Notes under the pieces: generated by a model | What the model was told of the DNA's origin: nothing | Database searches by the model: none | The model's input: only the letters and a program-made list of their open reading frames with translations | Origin: Felis catus | Taxonomy: Eukaryota | Length of the DNA stretch: 64,000 bases | Reading direction: 5' to 3' | Assembly (NCBI RefSeq): GCF_018350175.1 | Contig: NC_058368.1 | Location: 132,930,001-132,994,000 of the forward strand | Position numbers and translations under genes: made by a program | Part shown: piece by piece, positions 38,196 through 51,229 of the stretch | Numbering within the stretch: position 1 is the stretch's first letter | Layout of the letters: every line of letters starts with the position of its first letter

Positions 38196-38550
38196 GAAAT
38201 AAACATTCAAACATAAATGATTTGATTTGAACTTTAAAAAGATCACTATGTTGTATGTAAAATAGATGGGGTAGTCGTGGCTGGGCTTAGGGAAAAGAAG
38301 CTTAGAGTTAGTACATGGTTAGAAGGTTCTTGTAAAACCCACAATAGAGATGACATTGGCACCAGCCAAGGTGCTGAAAAAGGAAGTTTAGGGAAGAAAA
38401 CGTATACCTAGGACATACTTAAGAGGTCCCAGGATAATAAGCTGCAGATGCGGGGGAGGGGGCAGTTAGGAGGCATGAAGGGTGGCTTCCAGGTTCTGGC
38501 TGTTCTTGGAAGACAGGTAGTGATGCCACTAATTGAAGTCAGGAATAATA

Positions 38551-38755
38551 CGGTTGCCTGGGTGGTTCAGTTGGTTAAGCATCTGACTCTTGGTTTTGGC
38601 TCAGGTCCTGATCTCAGGGCTTGTGAGTTTGAGCCCCGTGGTGGGCTCTGTGCTTACAGTGTGGAGCCTACTTGGGATTCTCTCTTTCTCCCTCTCTGTG
38701 TGCCCCTCCCCTGCTCTCTCTCTGTCAAAATAAATAAATAAAATTAACAAAAAAA
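38551..38755 (+). mobile_element. Can-SINE
   Basis: TSD-like gaagtcagga / gaaatcagga. Confidence 0.92.
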
Positions 38756-40232
38756 GAAATCAGGATTAATAAATTCAGATTCGCACTTGCTTAGTTTGGA
38801 GCGTTTAGAAATATCCACCTGGTACTCAGGGGAAAGTAAGGGGAGAAAAACAAAGATTCGGAAGCCTTCCTTTTAATGATAAAAAATAAATAAAATAATA
38901 ATAAACAGTAAATAAAGTCATGATGATAACTGGGTACAAGGATATAGTCTTCATCATGCCCTTTCTGAACGCTGAACTTTGCTGTTCTTTGATATTTAAA
39001 ACTTATTCAGTTTATAACTTATGGCACCAATTTATTTATTATTATATTGTCATGTGTGTTTGCTTTTTTTTTTAGTCTCATTTCTGAAATTATTGGAAAC
39101 TCCTCAAAGGAAGATCTTTCATATCCACTCTGATGTGCTGGGTATCCAGTAAGTGCTCAACCTAGTGTAAAGGATCATTTCTTTCCATAGAGTGGAATTT
39201 TATACTTCATCCACATGAAGAGAGTCAGACAGAGGGAGAGGGAAAGAGGGAGGGCAAGAAGAGGTCAGATATATAAGGAAGTTTGTGTAGGGTCTGTTAG
39301 GCCATTGTAAGGATCACTTTGGTTTTTACTCTGAGAGAGAGATTATAAAAACAAATTGATAAATGCCATGGGGAGAGATACAGGAGGAACAGGGGAATTC
39401 ACAGGAAGCCCCATGCTGATTTGCAGTCTAATCAGCTTTGAAAACAAAAGGTTTGTTATGTACATATTAAAGCAGTCAACAGTTAAGTTCAATAAATATT
39501 TGTGGGTGACGAATAAATTATGCTTGTGCTGTTCAGATGGTGACATAGTATCATACAAATAGCAACATTTCACATTAGCAATATTTCCAGGCAAGCACAT
39601 ACATTCATTGAAAAACTGACATCAGCCAACTGTCAAAAGTGAATCCTAAATTGGCTGCTTGGCCCCATAGGAGGTTATAATGAAGCCGTTCATGGCTTTA
39701 AGAAAAAGTAGTGAAGATGTCTTCTGACTGGCAAATCCTGGATGGCACTTCTTTAATTGATTGAGGTATTATCAGCACCGTATGCTAGAACATTAGCCAG
39801 CTCCTGCTGCCGACAGTCAGGCTTGCCTGCTCTATGCCAAAAATCCCATCTGCTCTCTATCCTCACTTTCTTCACAACCCAACAGCATGTTCATTATCTT
39901 TAGGGACAAAAGCAAAAACATTGCTACTTCAATCATCCTGCTCATGGTTTTAAAATGAACTGGATGTAACTGGTTACATTTCAAATACTATGTATTGATC
40001 TATCAAATCAGAAAATAGAACATCAGCTTTTCTACTTCAATATTTATGAAATCGTCCTTGCTTCCATGTTAGGAAAATGGTACACAGTTGTACATAACCT
40101 TACATTTCTAAATATAGTTATTTGTGCTATAGTTTTTGTATACATATATGCTACTAGCCAGTTAAGAATTTCTTTTATCAAGTGTTTATTATAAAATGTA
40201 TTGGCAAAGCCAGTTTGTACTGAAACTTTTAA

Positions 40233-40439
40233 ATTATTTTTTAATTGAAAAATGTTTATTTTCGAGAGACAGTGTGAGTGGGGGAGGGGCAAAGGGAGAG
40301 GGAGACACGGAATCTGAAGCAGGCTCCAGGCTCTGAGCTGTCAGCCCAGAGCCTGACACAGGGCTTGAACCCACAAGCCATGAGATCATGACCTGATCAG
40401 AAGTCAGATGCCTAACTGACTGAGCCACCCAGTCACCCC
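40233..40439 (-). mobile_element. Can-SINE, full length
   Basis: Head present; diverged TSD tgtactgaaacttttaaa / tgtattgaaattcttaaa. Confidence 0.95.
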
Positions 40440-40566
40440 TGTATTGAAATTCTTAAAAAGAGGGAAAGATTCTGCTGGAATAGTACATCAGAAAAAATCA
40501 AACATTTCTTTATTTGTATTTAATAGTCCCTGGGCATTTTTAATTTTGGTCAAAAACAAAACAAGA

Positions 40567-40780
40567 GGGGCGCCTGGGTGGCTCAGTCGGTTGAGCGTCT
40601 GGCTTCGGATCAGGTCATGATCTCGTGGTCCGTGAGTTCGAGCCCCACATCAGGCTCTGTGCTGACAGCTCAGAACCTGGAGCCCGTTTTGGATTCTGGG
40701 TCTCCTTCTCTCTCTGCCCCTCCCCTCCTCATGCTCTGCCTCTCTCTGTCTCAAAAATAAATAAAAACATTAAAAAAAAA
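40567..40780 (+). mobile_element. Can-SINE
   Basis: Head and tail; TSD-like caaaacaaga. Confidence 0.95.
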
Positions 40781-41235
40781 ACCAAAACAAGAAAAATTTC
40801 TAAATTGTTCCATCACTCTGAAAAACCAGAAAAAAGAAGCTCTCTATAACTGTGAGAAATAATCCAGATATTATTTAATTACAGACAGTTTCTATATGTG
40901 TCTATTATCTAGTTTGCTTTAAGCTCTGCTAAATATGAAACAAACATGGTACAAATTAAAATATTGATTTTTGAATTGGTTGTCATCAGACACAAATGGG
41001 ATTACTGGTGTCACTGAGCCTTAACAGTTATTTTGGTGTTCATGGAAGTACTATATGTTAAAGCAAAAAACTGGTAGCAACCCAAATAGGCAATAATATG
41101 AGAATAATTAATTAAAGCAGGCCCTTGGTCTACTGTATAAATTTTAAATGATAATTAGAAATATAGGAAGACAACACAAAAACTGATTATAATAAGCATA
41201 ATGATAAGTGGGAAAGGCAATTTATGAAAATACGT

Positions 41236-41365
41236 GGGCGTGTCTGGGTGGCTCTGTTGGGTTAATCGTCCAACTTCCACTCAGGTCATGATCTCACCGT
41301 TGGTGAGTTCAAGCCCTGCATCGGGCTCTGTGCTGACAGCTCAGAGCCTGAAGCCTGCTTTGGAT

Positions 41366-41410
<45 letters not shown>

Positions 41411-41465
41411 CCCCCCCACTCAATTTCTGTGCCTCTCTCTCTCTCAAAAATAAACATTAAAAAAT

Positions 41466-41513
<48 letters not shown>

Positions 41514-41756
41514 GATTGCCCCTCCAGAAGTGTTATATAAAGACTGGAGTGGTAGGGGCACCTGGGTGGCTCAGTTGGGTGGGCGTCTGACTTCAGCTCA
41601 AGTCATGATCTCACCCTCTGTGGGTTCGAGCCCCACATCGGGCTCTGTGCTGACAGCTCAGAGCCTGGAGTCTGCTTTGGACTCTGTGTCTCCCTCTCTC
41701 TCTGCCCCTCCCCGCTCATGCTCTGTCTCTGAAAAATGAATAAACCTTAAAAAAAA
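41236..41756 (+). mobile_element. Two Can-SINEs (about 41236-41465 and 41554-41756) with an expanded (CT)n and a (TA)n tract at 41468-41511
   Basis: Direct reading. Confidence 0.93.
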
Positions 41757-43769
41757 TTTTTTTTAAGCCTGGAGTGATAGCTTTATGGATTGTGTTGGCC
41801 TTATTATCAAAACTTGCTGTAATTGCTATGTTGTCTGTCTAAATTTTAAGGGAAAACGTGAACTTGGGTCAGTCATTATCAAATATGATAGTAAATATTT
41901 GACCACCAGCAACTCATGGATAAGTTTGAAAGCAGACATTGGACAAATGGTGATGTAGGAGAGCCCAACTGCATCCTTCCCTAAATATCAACAATTAAAC
42001 AGCTATTTGTGAACAAAAAAAACAGCTCTGGAGACTACTTTAGAAATTTTAGCAACACAGTGGACCAAAAGACCTAAGAATAACTGCATAAGAAGGGGAA
42101 GACAGCTTCATTTTTCCTGCACCATCCCATTCCCCAAATCAGCATTTCTGATGCCAAGAGGGAATTTCCTAGCCTTTAAGAGTTCCTCTCACCCGGAAAG
42201 GAAGAGTGGAGTGAGCAACCAGCTTCCTCAGTCTTTGGGGCACTGCATGAAGGTCCCGCTTTGGTTTCAGTCCTCCTAGATGGGCAAAGCTGAGATGTAA
42301 AGCTGGCTAGAAGCAAGGAAGCAAAACAGTTGCTCCCAGTAGCAGGAGTCGTTGTGGTTCACAGCCTGTTCTGCTGACAAACCCTGTATATTTTGTATAT
42401 TTTGAGCACATTTTGCCCCTGAAGAAACTAACAACCAGTATATTCACTGGAAACACCCTGCAGATTTTACTATCTTTTGCCCCACAGGTATTTAGTTTTT
42501 ATACCAGCTGTCTGATACTCTCCCCTCTATGTACCCCTTTCACAGCCTGGGAACCACAGTGGTAATGAGCTCAGGACCCTGCAGCTTTACAAGTGAAGAC
42601 ACAAGCCTAGCCACTGGCAGCTGACACCTATTACCCATGCACCTGCTTGAGTCTAGCCCCTCCAGCTTTGCACTGGCATGCTGCTGACCTGACATTTGTC
42701 ACCAGCCTCCATTGCAGTGTGTGTGTGCCCAAGGGAAGCCTGTGCAGACAAGAAACACCACATCAATAACCAGGGCACTGACAGTTGCTTGTGGGTCTGG
42801 ATCAGGCCCTGATTTCTGTCACTGGCCTGCATCACCATGTTTGTCTACAGCTGTCCCCTCTGGCTGTATACTTACACACCTCTGACCCAACCCTTGTAAC
42901 TGGCCTCCACTGCAATGTGCAAACCCGAGGGAGGTTGTGCAGCTGTAGGAAACCATGCTGACAGACAGGGCCCCTGCAGCTTCCAGTGAGCCTGCAGCTG
43001 GCCCTTGGCCCTTGTTGCTTACCCTAGCCATCACCATTATGTGTGTGTGTCTACAACAGGCCCTTGCCACTACATAGGCACCTGCAGCTGGCACATGCAG
43101 CCAAGTATATGTATACCACTAGTTCTGGCCACCACTGCTGCTTGCCTGGTCCCTAGCCACTGGACCTGGAGGCATTGCTAAAGACCCCAACAGCCCTTGT
43201 AGCTACTTATAGACACCCCACAGTGCTCACCAAGGACCACACAGTTGCTGTGGATCCCAGCAGCCTGAGCCAAAAAGACATGCCCCCTGCTGTCCCTCAG
43301 ACCCAGTGCCACCACATATCTGTGCATTTGGAACTCTGTGCTTCAGATCCAGGGTGATAACATTCTTCAGCATGCTGTCACCCACTGGTGAAAGTCTTCT
43401 TTTACTCAAGTTAGTCCATAAAGTCTAGAAAAAGTAATTGCTTTTTCAACACGCAGACAACTGCACAACATTTTGAGTATGTCATGGATCATGTAGAATT
43501 AGGGAAACATAACTCCACTAAAGGAATACAGTATGCCTCCAGCAACTGGCCCCAAAGAAATGGAGATATAGAAACTGTCAAAGAATTCAAAATAATTGTT
43601 CTAAAGAGCTGCAAAAGAACACAAATAAAAAGTTAACAATATCAAGAAAGCCAAGCGAGAACAAAATGAGAAGTTCAACAAAGAGACAGAACATAAAGTA
43701 GAACCAAACAGAAATTTTGAGACTGAAGAACTCAATGCCTGACCTGGAAAATTCAATAGAGAGCTTCAA

Positions 43770-43988
43770 TTTTTTTTTCAATTTTTTAATGTTTATTTAT
43801 TTTGAGAGAGAGAGAGACAGAGTGTGAATCGGAGAGGAGCATCGAGAGAGGAAGATGCAAAATCTGAAGCAGGCTCCAGGCTCTAAGCTGTCAGCACAGA
43901 GCCCAATGTGGGACTCAAACCCATGAACTCAGATCATGAACTGAGGTGAAGTCAGATGGTTACCAGACTGAGCCACTCAAGTGCCCTT
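43770..43988 (-). mobile_element. Can-SINE in L1 ORF1
   Basis: TSD agagcttcaa. Confidence 0.93.
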
Positions 43989-45437
43989 AGAGCTTCAACA
44001 TTAGTATTAAGTCAGAAGAAAGAATGGTTGAGCTAAAAGACGACCAATTGCAATTATCCAATCAGGGGAGCAAATAAACAAAAAGAATGAAAATGAATGA
44101 AGAAAGCCTATAGGACATATCGGGATACCATCAAGAGAACCACTGTACGTATCACTGGAATCTGAGAAGGACAAGACAGGGAGAAAAAGGTAGAAAGCTT
44201 ATGTACAGAAATAATGGCTGAGGACTGCCCAAACCCAGAAGAGATTGGAACATCCGAGTTTGTGAAGTTAATAGATTACCCTAAAATGTCAATCTAATCA
44301 CCTTTCACACATTTTAATAAAGCTGTCCAAAGTCAAAGACTGAGAATTCTAAAAGCAGCAAGAGAAAAAAAAAAAGATCTCATACAAGGAAATCCCTATA
44401 AGGCAACCAGTAAACTTCTCAGCAGAGATATTGCAGGTCAGGAGACAGTCAGATGACATACTCAAAATGTTGAAAGAAAAAACCTGCCTACTAAGAATAC
44501 TTTACTCAGCAAGGCTTGCCCTTCAGAGGTGAAGTAAAGGTAAATAATTTCAAAAACAAACAGAAGCTGAAGGAGTTCACTACCACTAGACCTGCCTTGC
44601 AAAACAGGCTGAAGGAGTTTCTCAAGTTGAATGAAAGGATGCTACTCAGTAACGTGAAAACATATGAAAATATACAACACACTGGTAAGGGTAAGCGTAT
44701 AGTCGGATTCAGAATACTCCAACACAGTTAACTACTTAACTCTACTTAACTCTTAACTATGTTAACTACTTAACTCCAGTATAAAGACTAAAAGACCCAA
44801 GTATTAAAAATAGCTATACCTGCAACAATTTAATGTCATATTGTGTAACACTGTCTATAATGTTATATTGTTATACAGTATAAAAGGAGGTGAATTGTGC
44901 ATCATAAAAGATGGGGAGGAAAAGCGTAGAAGTTTCATATGCAATCGAAGTTAAGTGGTTGTCAGTGTGAAATAAACTGTTACAAATATAAGATGTTTTA
45001 TTGTAAACCTCATGGTAACCACAAAGCAAAAACTATAGTAGATTCCAAATATAAAGTGAAAGGGAACAAATATGTCACTATCAATTTGTGAAGGAAGGGA
45101 GCAAAAGAGGAAGAAAAGAATAAGGAAACTACAAAACAGCAAGAAAACACTAAGATGGCATTACTGAGTCCTTACCTGTTAATGATTACCTTAAATGTCA
45201 ATAGATTGAATTCTCCAATCAAAACACATAGAGTAGCTGGATGGGTGAGAAAAATAAGACCCAATCATATACTGTTTGGAAAAGACTCACTTCAGCTTTA
45301 ATGACACACATAGGCTCAAGGTGAAGGGATGGAAAAACATATGCCATGCAGGTGAAAACCAAAGGAGAGTAAGGTAACTATGCTTATATCAGACAAAATA
45401 GACTATAGGCCAAAAATGGTAACAAGAGACAAAGAAG

Positions 45438-45665
45438 TTTTTTTTTTTTTAATTTTTTAAAACGTTTATTTATTTTTGAGAGAGAGAGAGAGGCAGAGTA
45501 CGAGCGAGGAAGGGGCAGAGTGAGAGGGAGACACAGAATCCAATGCAGGCTCCAGCCTCTGAGTTGTCAGCCCAGAGCCCAACATGGGGCTCGAACTCAC
45601 GAGCCATGAGATCATGATCTGAGCCGAAGTCGGATGCCCAACTGACCGAGCCACCCAGGCGCCCT
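45438..45665 (-). mobile_element. Can-SINE in L1 ORF2
   Basis: TSD gagacaaagaa. Confidence 0.94.
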
Positions 45666-46306
45666 GAGACAAAGAAAATATTTATATAATGGTATAAAGA
45701 TAAATTCATCTAGAAGATACAAAATCATAAGTATATATGTACACAACATAAGAGCTTTTAAATATATAAAGCAAATACTGACAGATCTGATGGGAGAAAT
45801 AGATCATAATAAAACAACAGTAGGGGACGTCAACACCTCACTTTTAACAATGGATAGATCGTCCAGACAGAAATCAACAGGGAAATGTTGGACTTGGACC
45901 ATACTTTAGAGAAAGTGGACGTAATAGACACACGCCATCCTACAGCAGAAGAATACACATTCTTCTCAAGTACATATGAAACATTCTCTAGGAGACATCA
46001 TAAACAATGGCACAAAACAATATTAGCAAATTTAAGAAGATTGAAACCATACAGAGTATTCTTTCTGACTACAATGGTATGAAACTAGAAATCAATACAA
46101 GGAGGAAAACTAGAAAATTCACAAATGTGTTGACATTAAACAACACTTACCTGAACAACTAATGGGTCAGGGGATACACTGAAAAGTTAAAAATCACTTG
46201 AAAAAACAAAAATGGAGAAACAACACACAGAACCTATGGGATGCTGCAAAAGCTGTTCTAAGTGGGAAGTTTTCTAGTGCTAAATACCCACATTAAGAAA
46301 AAATAA

Positions 46307-46504
46307 AGGGGCGCCTGAGTGGCTCAGTCAGTTAAGCATCTGACTTTAGCTCGGGTCAGAATCTCATGGCTCATTGAGTTTGAACCCCACATTGGGCTTT
46401 CTGCTGACAGCACAGAACCTGTTTCAGATCCTCTATCCCCCTCTCTCTCTGCCCTTCCCCCACTTTCTCTCTACCCCACCCAAAAATAAATGAATGAATT
46501 AATT
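46307..46504 (+). mobile_element. Can-SINE in L1 ORF2
   Basis: Head and tail motifs. Confidence 0.92.
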
Positions 46505-46848
46505 AAAGATGTCAAATAAACAACCTAACTTTATACACCAAAATGCTAGCAAAAGAACAAACTAAAGCTAAAGTTAGCAGAAGGAAGGATATAAAAAAGA
46601 TGAGACGGGAAATAAATGAAATAGAGACCAAAAAAAACAAACAAACAAAAAAAACAGAAAAAAAAGAAAAGATCACTGAAACTACAGGCTGTTTGTTTTT
46701 TAAAGATAAACAAAATTTACAACCTTCAGCTAGACTAAGAAAAAAAGAGAGAAAACTCCAATAAATCAAATCAGAAATGAAAGAGGAGATATTACAACTG
46801 ATATCAAAGAAATACAAAGGATCCTAAGAGACTATAATGAACAATTAT

Positions 46849-47008
46849 GGCTCAGTTGGTTAGGCGTCTGACTTGAGCTCAGATCATGATCTCATGGTTC
46901 ATGAGTTTGAGCCCCGCGTTGGGCTCTGTGCTGTCAGCACAGAGCTGCTTTAGATCCTCTGTCCCCCTCTCACTCTGTCCCTCCGTCGCTTTCTCTCTCT
47001 CTCTCTCA

Positions 47009-47047
<39 letters not shown>

Positions 47048-47425
47048 AAGATGTCAAACGACCAAACTTTACACACCAGAGTCTGGAGCCTGCCTCAGAT
47101 TCTGTGTCTCTGCCTCTTTCTGCCCCTCTCCTGCTCAGGATCTGTCTCTGTCTCTCAAAAATGGATAAACATTAAAAACAAAATTTGGGGCGCCTGAATG
47201 GCTCAGTAGGTTGAGCGTCCGTCCGACTTTGGCTCAGGTCATGATCTCACAGTTTGTGAGTTTGACCCCTGTGTCCGGCTCTGTGCTGACAGCTCAGAGC
47301 CTGGAGCCTGATTCAGATTCTGTGTCTCCTTCTCTCACTGCCTCTCCCCCACTTGCAGTCTGCCTCTCTCTGTCTCTCAAAACTAAATAAAATGTAAAAA
47401 AAAATAAAATAAATTAAAAAAAAAA
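46849..47425 (+). mobile_element. Composite SINE cluster (46849-47048, 47079-47180, 47187-47425)
   Basis: Three SINE pieces; (TAAA)n at ~47009-47047. Confidence 0.9.
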
Positions 47426-47619
47426 AACAAATGATAACCTGGGAAAAAACAGATACACTTTTGGAAACATATAACCTACCAAGACTAAATCAGAAAGAAG
47501 TAGAACATCTGGACTGACCTATAACTAGGAAAGAGATTGACTTGGTAATCCAAAACCTCCTGTGTACTACATAAAGCCCAGACCAAGTGATTTCACTGAA
47601 AAATTCTACCAAACATTTA

Positions 47620-47850
47620 TTTTTTATTTATTTTTTATTTTTTTTTTCAACGTTTATTTATTTTTGGGACAGAGAGAGACAGAGCATGAACGGAGGAGGG
47701 GCAGAGAGAGAGGGAGACACAGAATTGGAAACAGGCTCCAGGCTCTGAGCCATCAGCCCAGAGCCCGACGCAAGGCTTGAACTCCTGGACCGCGAGATCG
47801 TGACCTGGCTGAAGTCGGACGCTTAACCGACTGCACCACCCAGGCACCCC
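47620..47850 (-). mobile_element. Young-looking feline Can-SINE
   Basis: Perfect 15-bp TSD tctaccaaacattta; many CpGs retained; long tail. Confidence 0.96.
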
Positions 47851-48590
47851 TCTACCAAACATTTAAAGAAGAATTAATATCGATCCTTCTCAACCTATTT
47901 CAAAAAATTGAAGACACAGCATGCTCAAACTCATTTTGCAATGACAGCAATACTCTGCTACCAAAACCAGACAAGGATACCACAGGACAAGAAAACTATA
48001 GGCCAATATCCCTGATGAACACAGATGCAGAAATCCTCAAAAAAAAAATACCAGAAAACTGAGTTCAATAACACATTAAGAGATCCTATATCATGAGCAA
48101 ATGGGATTTATCCCTGGGATGTAAAAATGGTTTAACATATGCAAACCAAAAATGATACACTACATTAGCAGAATGAAAGATGATTTTTTGGATATGATGC
48201 TTAAAGCACAAGCAACAAAATAGAAAATACAAAAGTGGGACTACTTCCAGTGAAAAAGCTTTTGCACAGCCAAAGAAATAATCAATAAAATGAAAAGGCA
48301 GCCTATATAATGGGAGGAAATATTTGTAAATCATATATCTGATAAGAGCCTAATATCCAAAGTATATAGGGAATTCAAGCAACTCAACAGCAAAAACAAA
48401 CAAACAAACAAACAAAAAACACAATCTGATTAAAAAATGTGCCCAGGAACTAAATTGATATTTTCCCAAAGAAGAAATACAAATGGCCAACAGGTACATA
48501 AAAAGGTGCTTTACTTCAATAATCTTTGGGAAAAGGCAAATCACCACCACAATGTGATGCTATCTCACAGCTGTCAGAATGGCTGTCATT

Positions 48591-48812
48591 AGGGGCGCCT
48601 GAGTGGCTCAGTCGGTTAAGCACCCTAGTTTGGTTCAGGTCATGATCTCATGTTCATGGGTTTGAGCCCTGTGTGAGGCTCTGTGCTGACAGCTCAGAGC
48701 CTGGATCCTGCTTCAGATTCTGTGTCTCCCTCTCTTTACCCCTTCCCAGCTTGCACTCTGTCTCTCTGTCTTTCTCAAAAATAAATAAACATTAAAAAAT
48801 TAAAAAAAAAAA
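48591..48812 (+). mobile_element. Can-SINE in L1
   Basis: TSD agaatggctgtcatta. Confidence 0.95.
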
Positions 48813-50789
48813 AGAATGGCTGTCATTAACAAGACAAGAGAGAACTAGCATTAGTGAGGATGTGGAGAAAAGGGAAACTTGTGCCTTTTTGGTGGGGATG
48901 CAAAACGGTGCAGCTACAGTGGAAAACAGTATGGAGAGTCCTTAAAAAGTTAAAAATAGAATTACCATAAGATTCAACAATTCCACTCCTGGGTATGTCC
49001 CCTGCTAAAAATGAAATCAGGATCTCGAGAAGATATCTGCATTCCCACGTTTGTTGCAGCATTATTCACAACAACCAAGGTATGGAAACAACCTACGTGT
49101 TAGCGAATAAATGCATGAAGATGTGAGGTACGTGTATATAATTCAGCCATGAGAAAGAAGGAAACCCTTCAATTTGTAACAATATGGAAGGACCTTGAGG
49201 GCATCATCCGAGTGAAAGAAGACAGATAGAGACAGACAACTACTATATGATTTCATTTACATGTAGAATCTAAAAAAGCCAAACACTTAGAAAGTATGAG
49301 CAGTGGTTACCACGGGCTGAGGAGGTGTGGGAAATGGGGAGATGTTGATGAAAGGGCATAAATTCCATTTATCAGCTGAATAGCTTGTGGGGACCCTATG
49401 TACAGCATGGTGATTATAGGTAATTATACTGTATTATAAACTTGGCAGTTGCCAAGATTTTTTTTAATGTTAAATTCAAATCTATTTTCTGATAATATGA
49501 AAAAGTAATCCTTGAAAATCAGAACACTTAATGGGAAAGAGCATACTAACTTAGATGTTAAACATCTATATGCCATAACCATTGTAAAGCTTGACAAACA
49601 TGCACGCTCACAACATGCAATTGTTTAAAAAAAACAAAAATAAAAGCAGACATTGCATATAAATGAGAACCACATATGATATTTAAGGTAGCTCTTTTGA
49701 AAAGGACTGAAATATTTCCATAAAAAGTTTTGAATTTATGCAGGAAAGGAATTTTCCCTACTAAATGGTTTTTCTTACTTTCTCCAATATTCTTCATATT
49801 TTTAGTTTATCTGTAAGTTAATCAATATATCCATTTTGAAATTCAACTTGATCATCTGGGATGTTTGCACAAGCACCCACTGTGCCACAACATATGGTGA
49901 CCTTTGGTTTATTATAGACTAATTATAAGCCTGAAGGGGCTCTGCCATATGTCATTGAAAGTTGTTTTTCCATAGATTTCCACTAGATCACAGGTCCTGT
50001 CTGACCTGTTTGTTCCAGAGGCACTTTCTAAACTAAAACAAAAAAAAAAAGTAATTTAATTTGGTTTAATTGTGTTTCATAAGATCTTTGAACACAGCTA
50101 AATACTAAACTGATTCTGAGACGTGTCAGGTTGGATACCTGTGTGGCAAATCAAAACGTGGCTCTAGTTCATCTGTGACACAGTGATCAGCACGTGTGCA
50201 TGGTAGTCATACTGTTGCAAGTGTCCAGAGCACATGGAGTCTATTTTGGTCTCTATTTTTTTTGTTCTCAGTTTAATAATCCAGTAATGAGAGAGACGTT
50301 GACTACCACTTACTGGTGTATTATTGGTAAAACATTTTCCAAGTGTTCCTTCCTCACAGTTCACTTTGGTAGATGATTTTTCAAATGTAACAAATTTATC
50401 TTCTTAGCAAAATATTGCTAAACAAATGTACTGAGTGATAAATGGTGAGTCCCTTAAGATCAGAGATGTAGCTCATTCATTTTTTGTTTCTTGTTGGCAG
50501 GATAGCAAAAGATTTGAAAACTGAACTATAACAAAAACTGCCACCCCCAGTCCCAACCTACCCCTGAGAGGGATAAACAACCTGGATGGCTATAAAGCAG
50601 CCTACCAGAGGTTTTGAAAACTGAACTCATATCGGAACCATGACTGATACAAAGTGAGACAGAGTTGAAGTCCAAACGAGGATATGTATATGTACGTATG
50701 TAAAGACATCCTTCATATGGTTTTATCAGGATCCGAGCTCTCACACTGCCGTATTCAAAATATCTAGGATACAACCCAAGAGTACTTGA

Positions 50790-50977
50790 GGCTACAGGAT
50801 GAATATTTATGTCCCCCCACAAATTTATATGTTGAAATCTTAACTCCCAAGGTGATGGTGTCAGAAAGTGGGTCCTTTAGGACGTAATGCTCTCATAAAA
50901 GAGGCTGCAGAACACTCCCTTGTCCCCATTTGCTATGTGAAGACATAGTGAGGAGAGGGGGCATCTGTGAACCAGGC
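50790..50977 (+). mobile_element. MaLR (MLT1A/MST-like) LTR fragment
   Basis: gtccccccacaaatttatatgttgaaatcttaactcccaaggtgatggt. Confidence 0.8.
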
Positions 50978-51229
50978 CCATGAAGGAGACCTTCCCCATC
51001 CACCAAACCTGTGGGCAATTGGATAAATTATTTTTCTGTCATCAAGTCTTTCATTTGTTACCTTATTCTGCATTGAGGGAGCATTTTTATTTCAAATGTT
51101 GTATTTTCAGTTCCAAAATGTCTGTTTTGTTCTATGTTTTGGTTCCTATTTTTCTGCTAAGAACTTCTATCTTTTGATTCATTTCAACAGTGCTAACCTT
51201 TAACTCGTGGCACATAGTTACAATAGTTG

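Larger units (their letters stand above)
37940..38850 (-). mobile_element. L2 relic interrupted by two SINE sequences
   Basis: gattttattccaagagcaat, aaagatcact, ggtagtgatgccactaattga and tcagattcgcacttgcttagtttgga are typical L2 phrases. Confidence 0.65.
41950..49457 (+). mobile_element. Near full-length decayed L1 (L1MA/L1_Carn-like): GC-richer 5' UTR, ORF1 remnant, ORF2 remnant lacking RT, 3' UTR
   Basis: ORF1 end KQKLKEFTTTRPALQ (~44560); ORF2 start MALLSPYLLMITLNVNRLNSPIKTHRV at 45155; many stops; interrupted by SINEs. Confidence 0.9.

Noticed and set aside
42600..43400. GC-richer segment as a promoter or CpG island
   Set aside because: CpG-depleted; position and sub-repeats fit a decayed L1 5' UTR.
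44727..44777. Stuttered (ttaactac/ttaactct) micro-repeats
   Set aside because: Low-complexity slippage inside a dead L1; no further structure.
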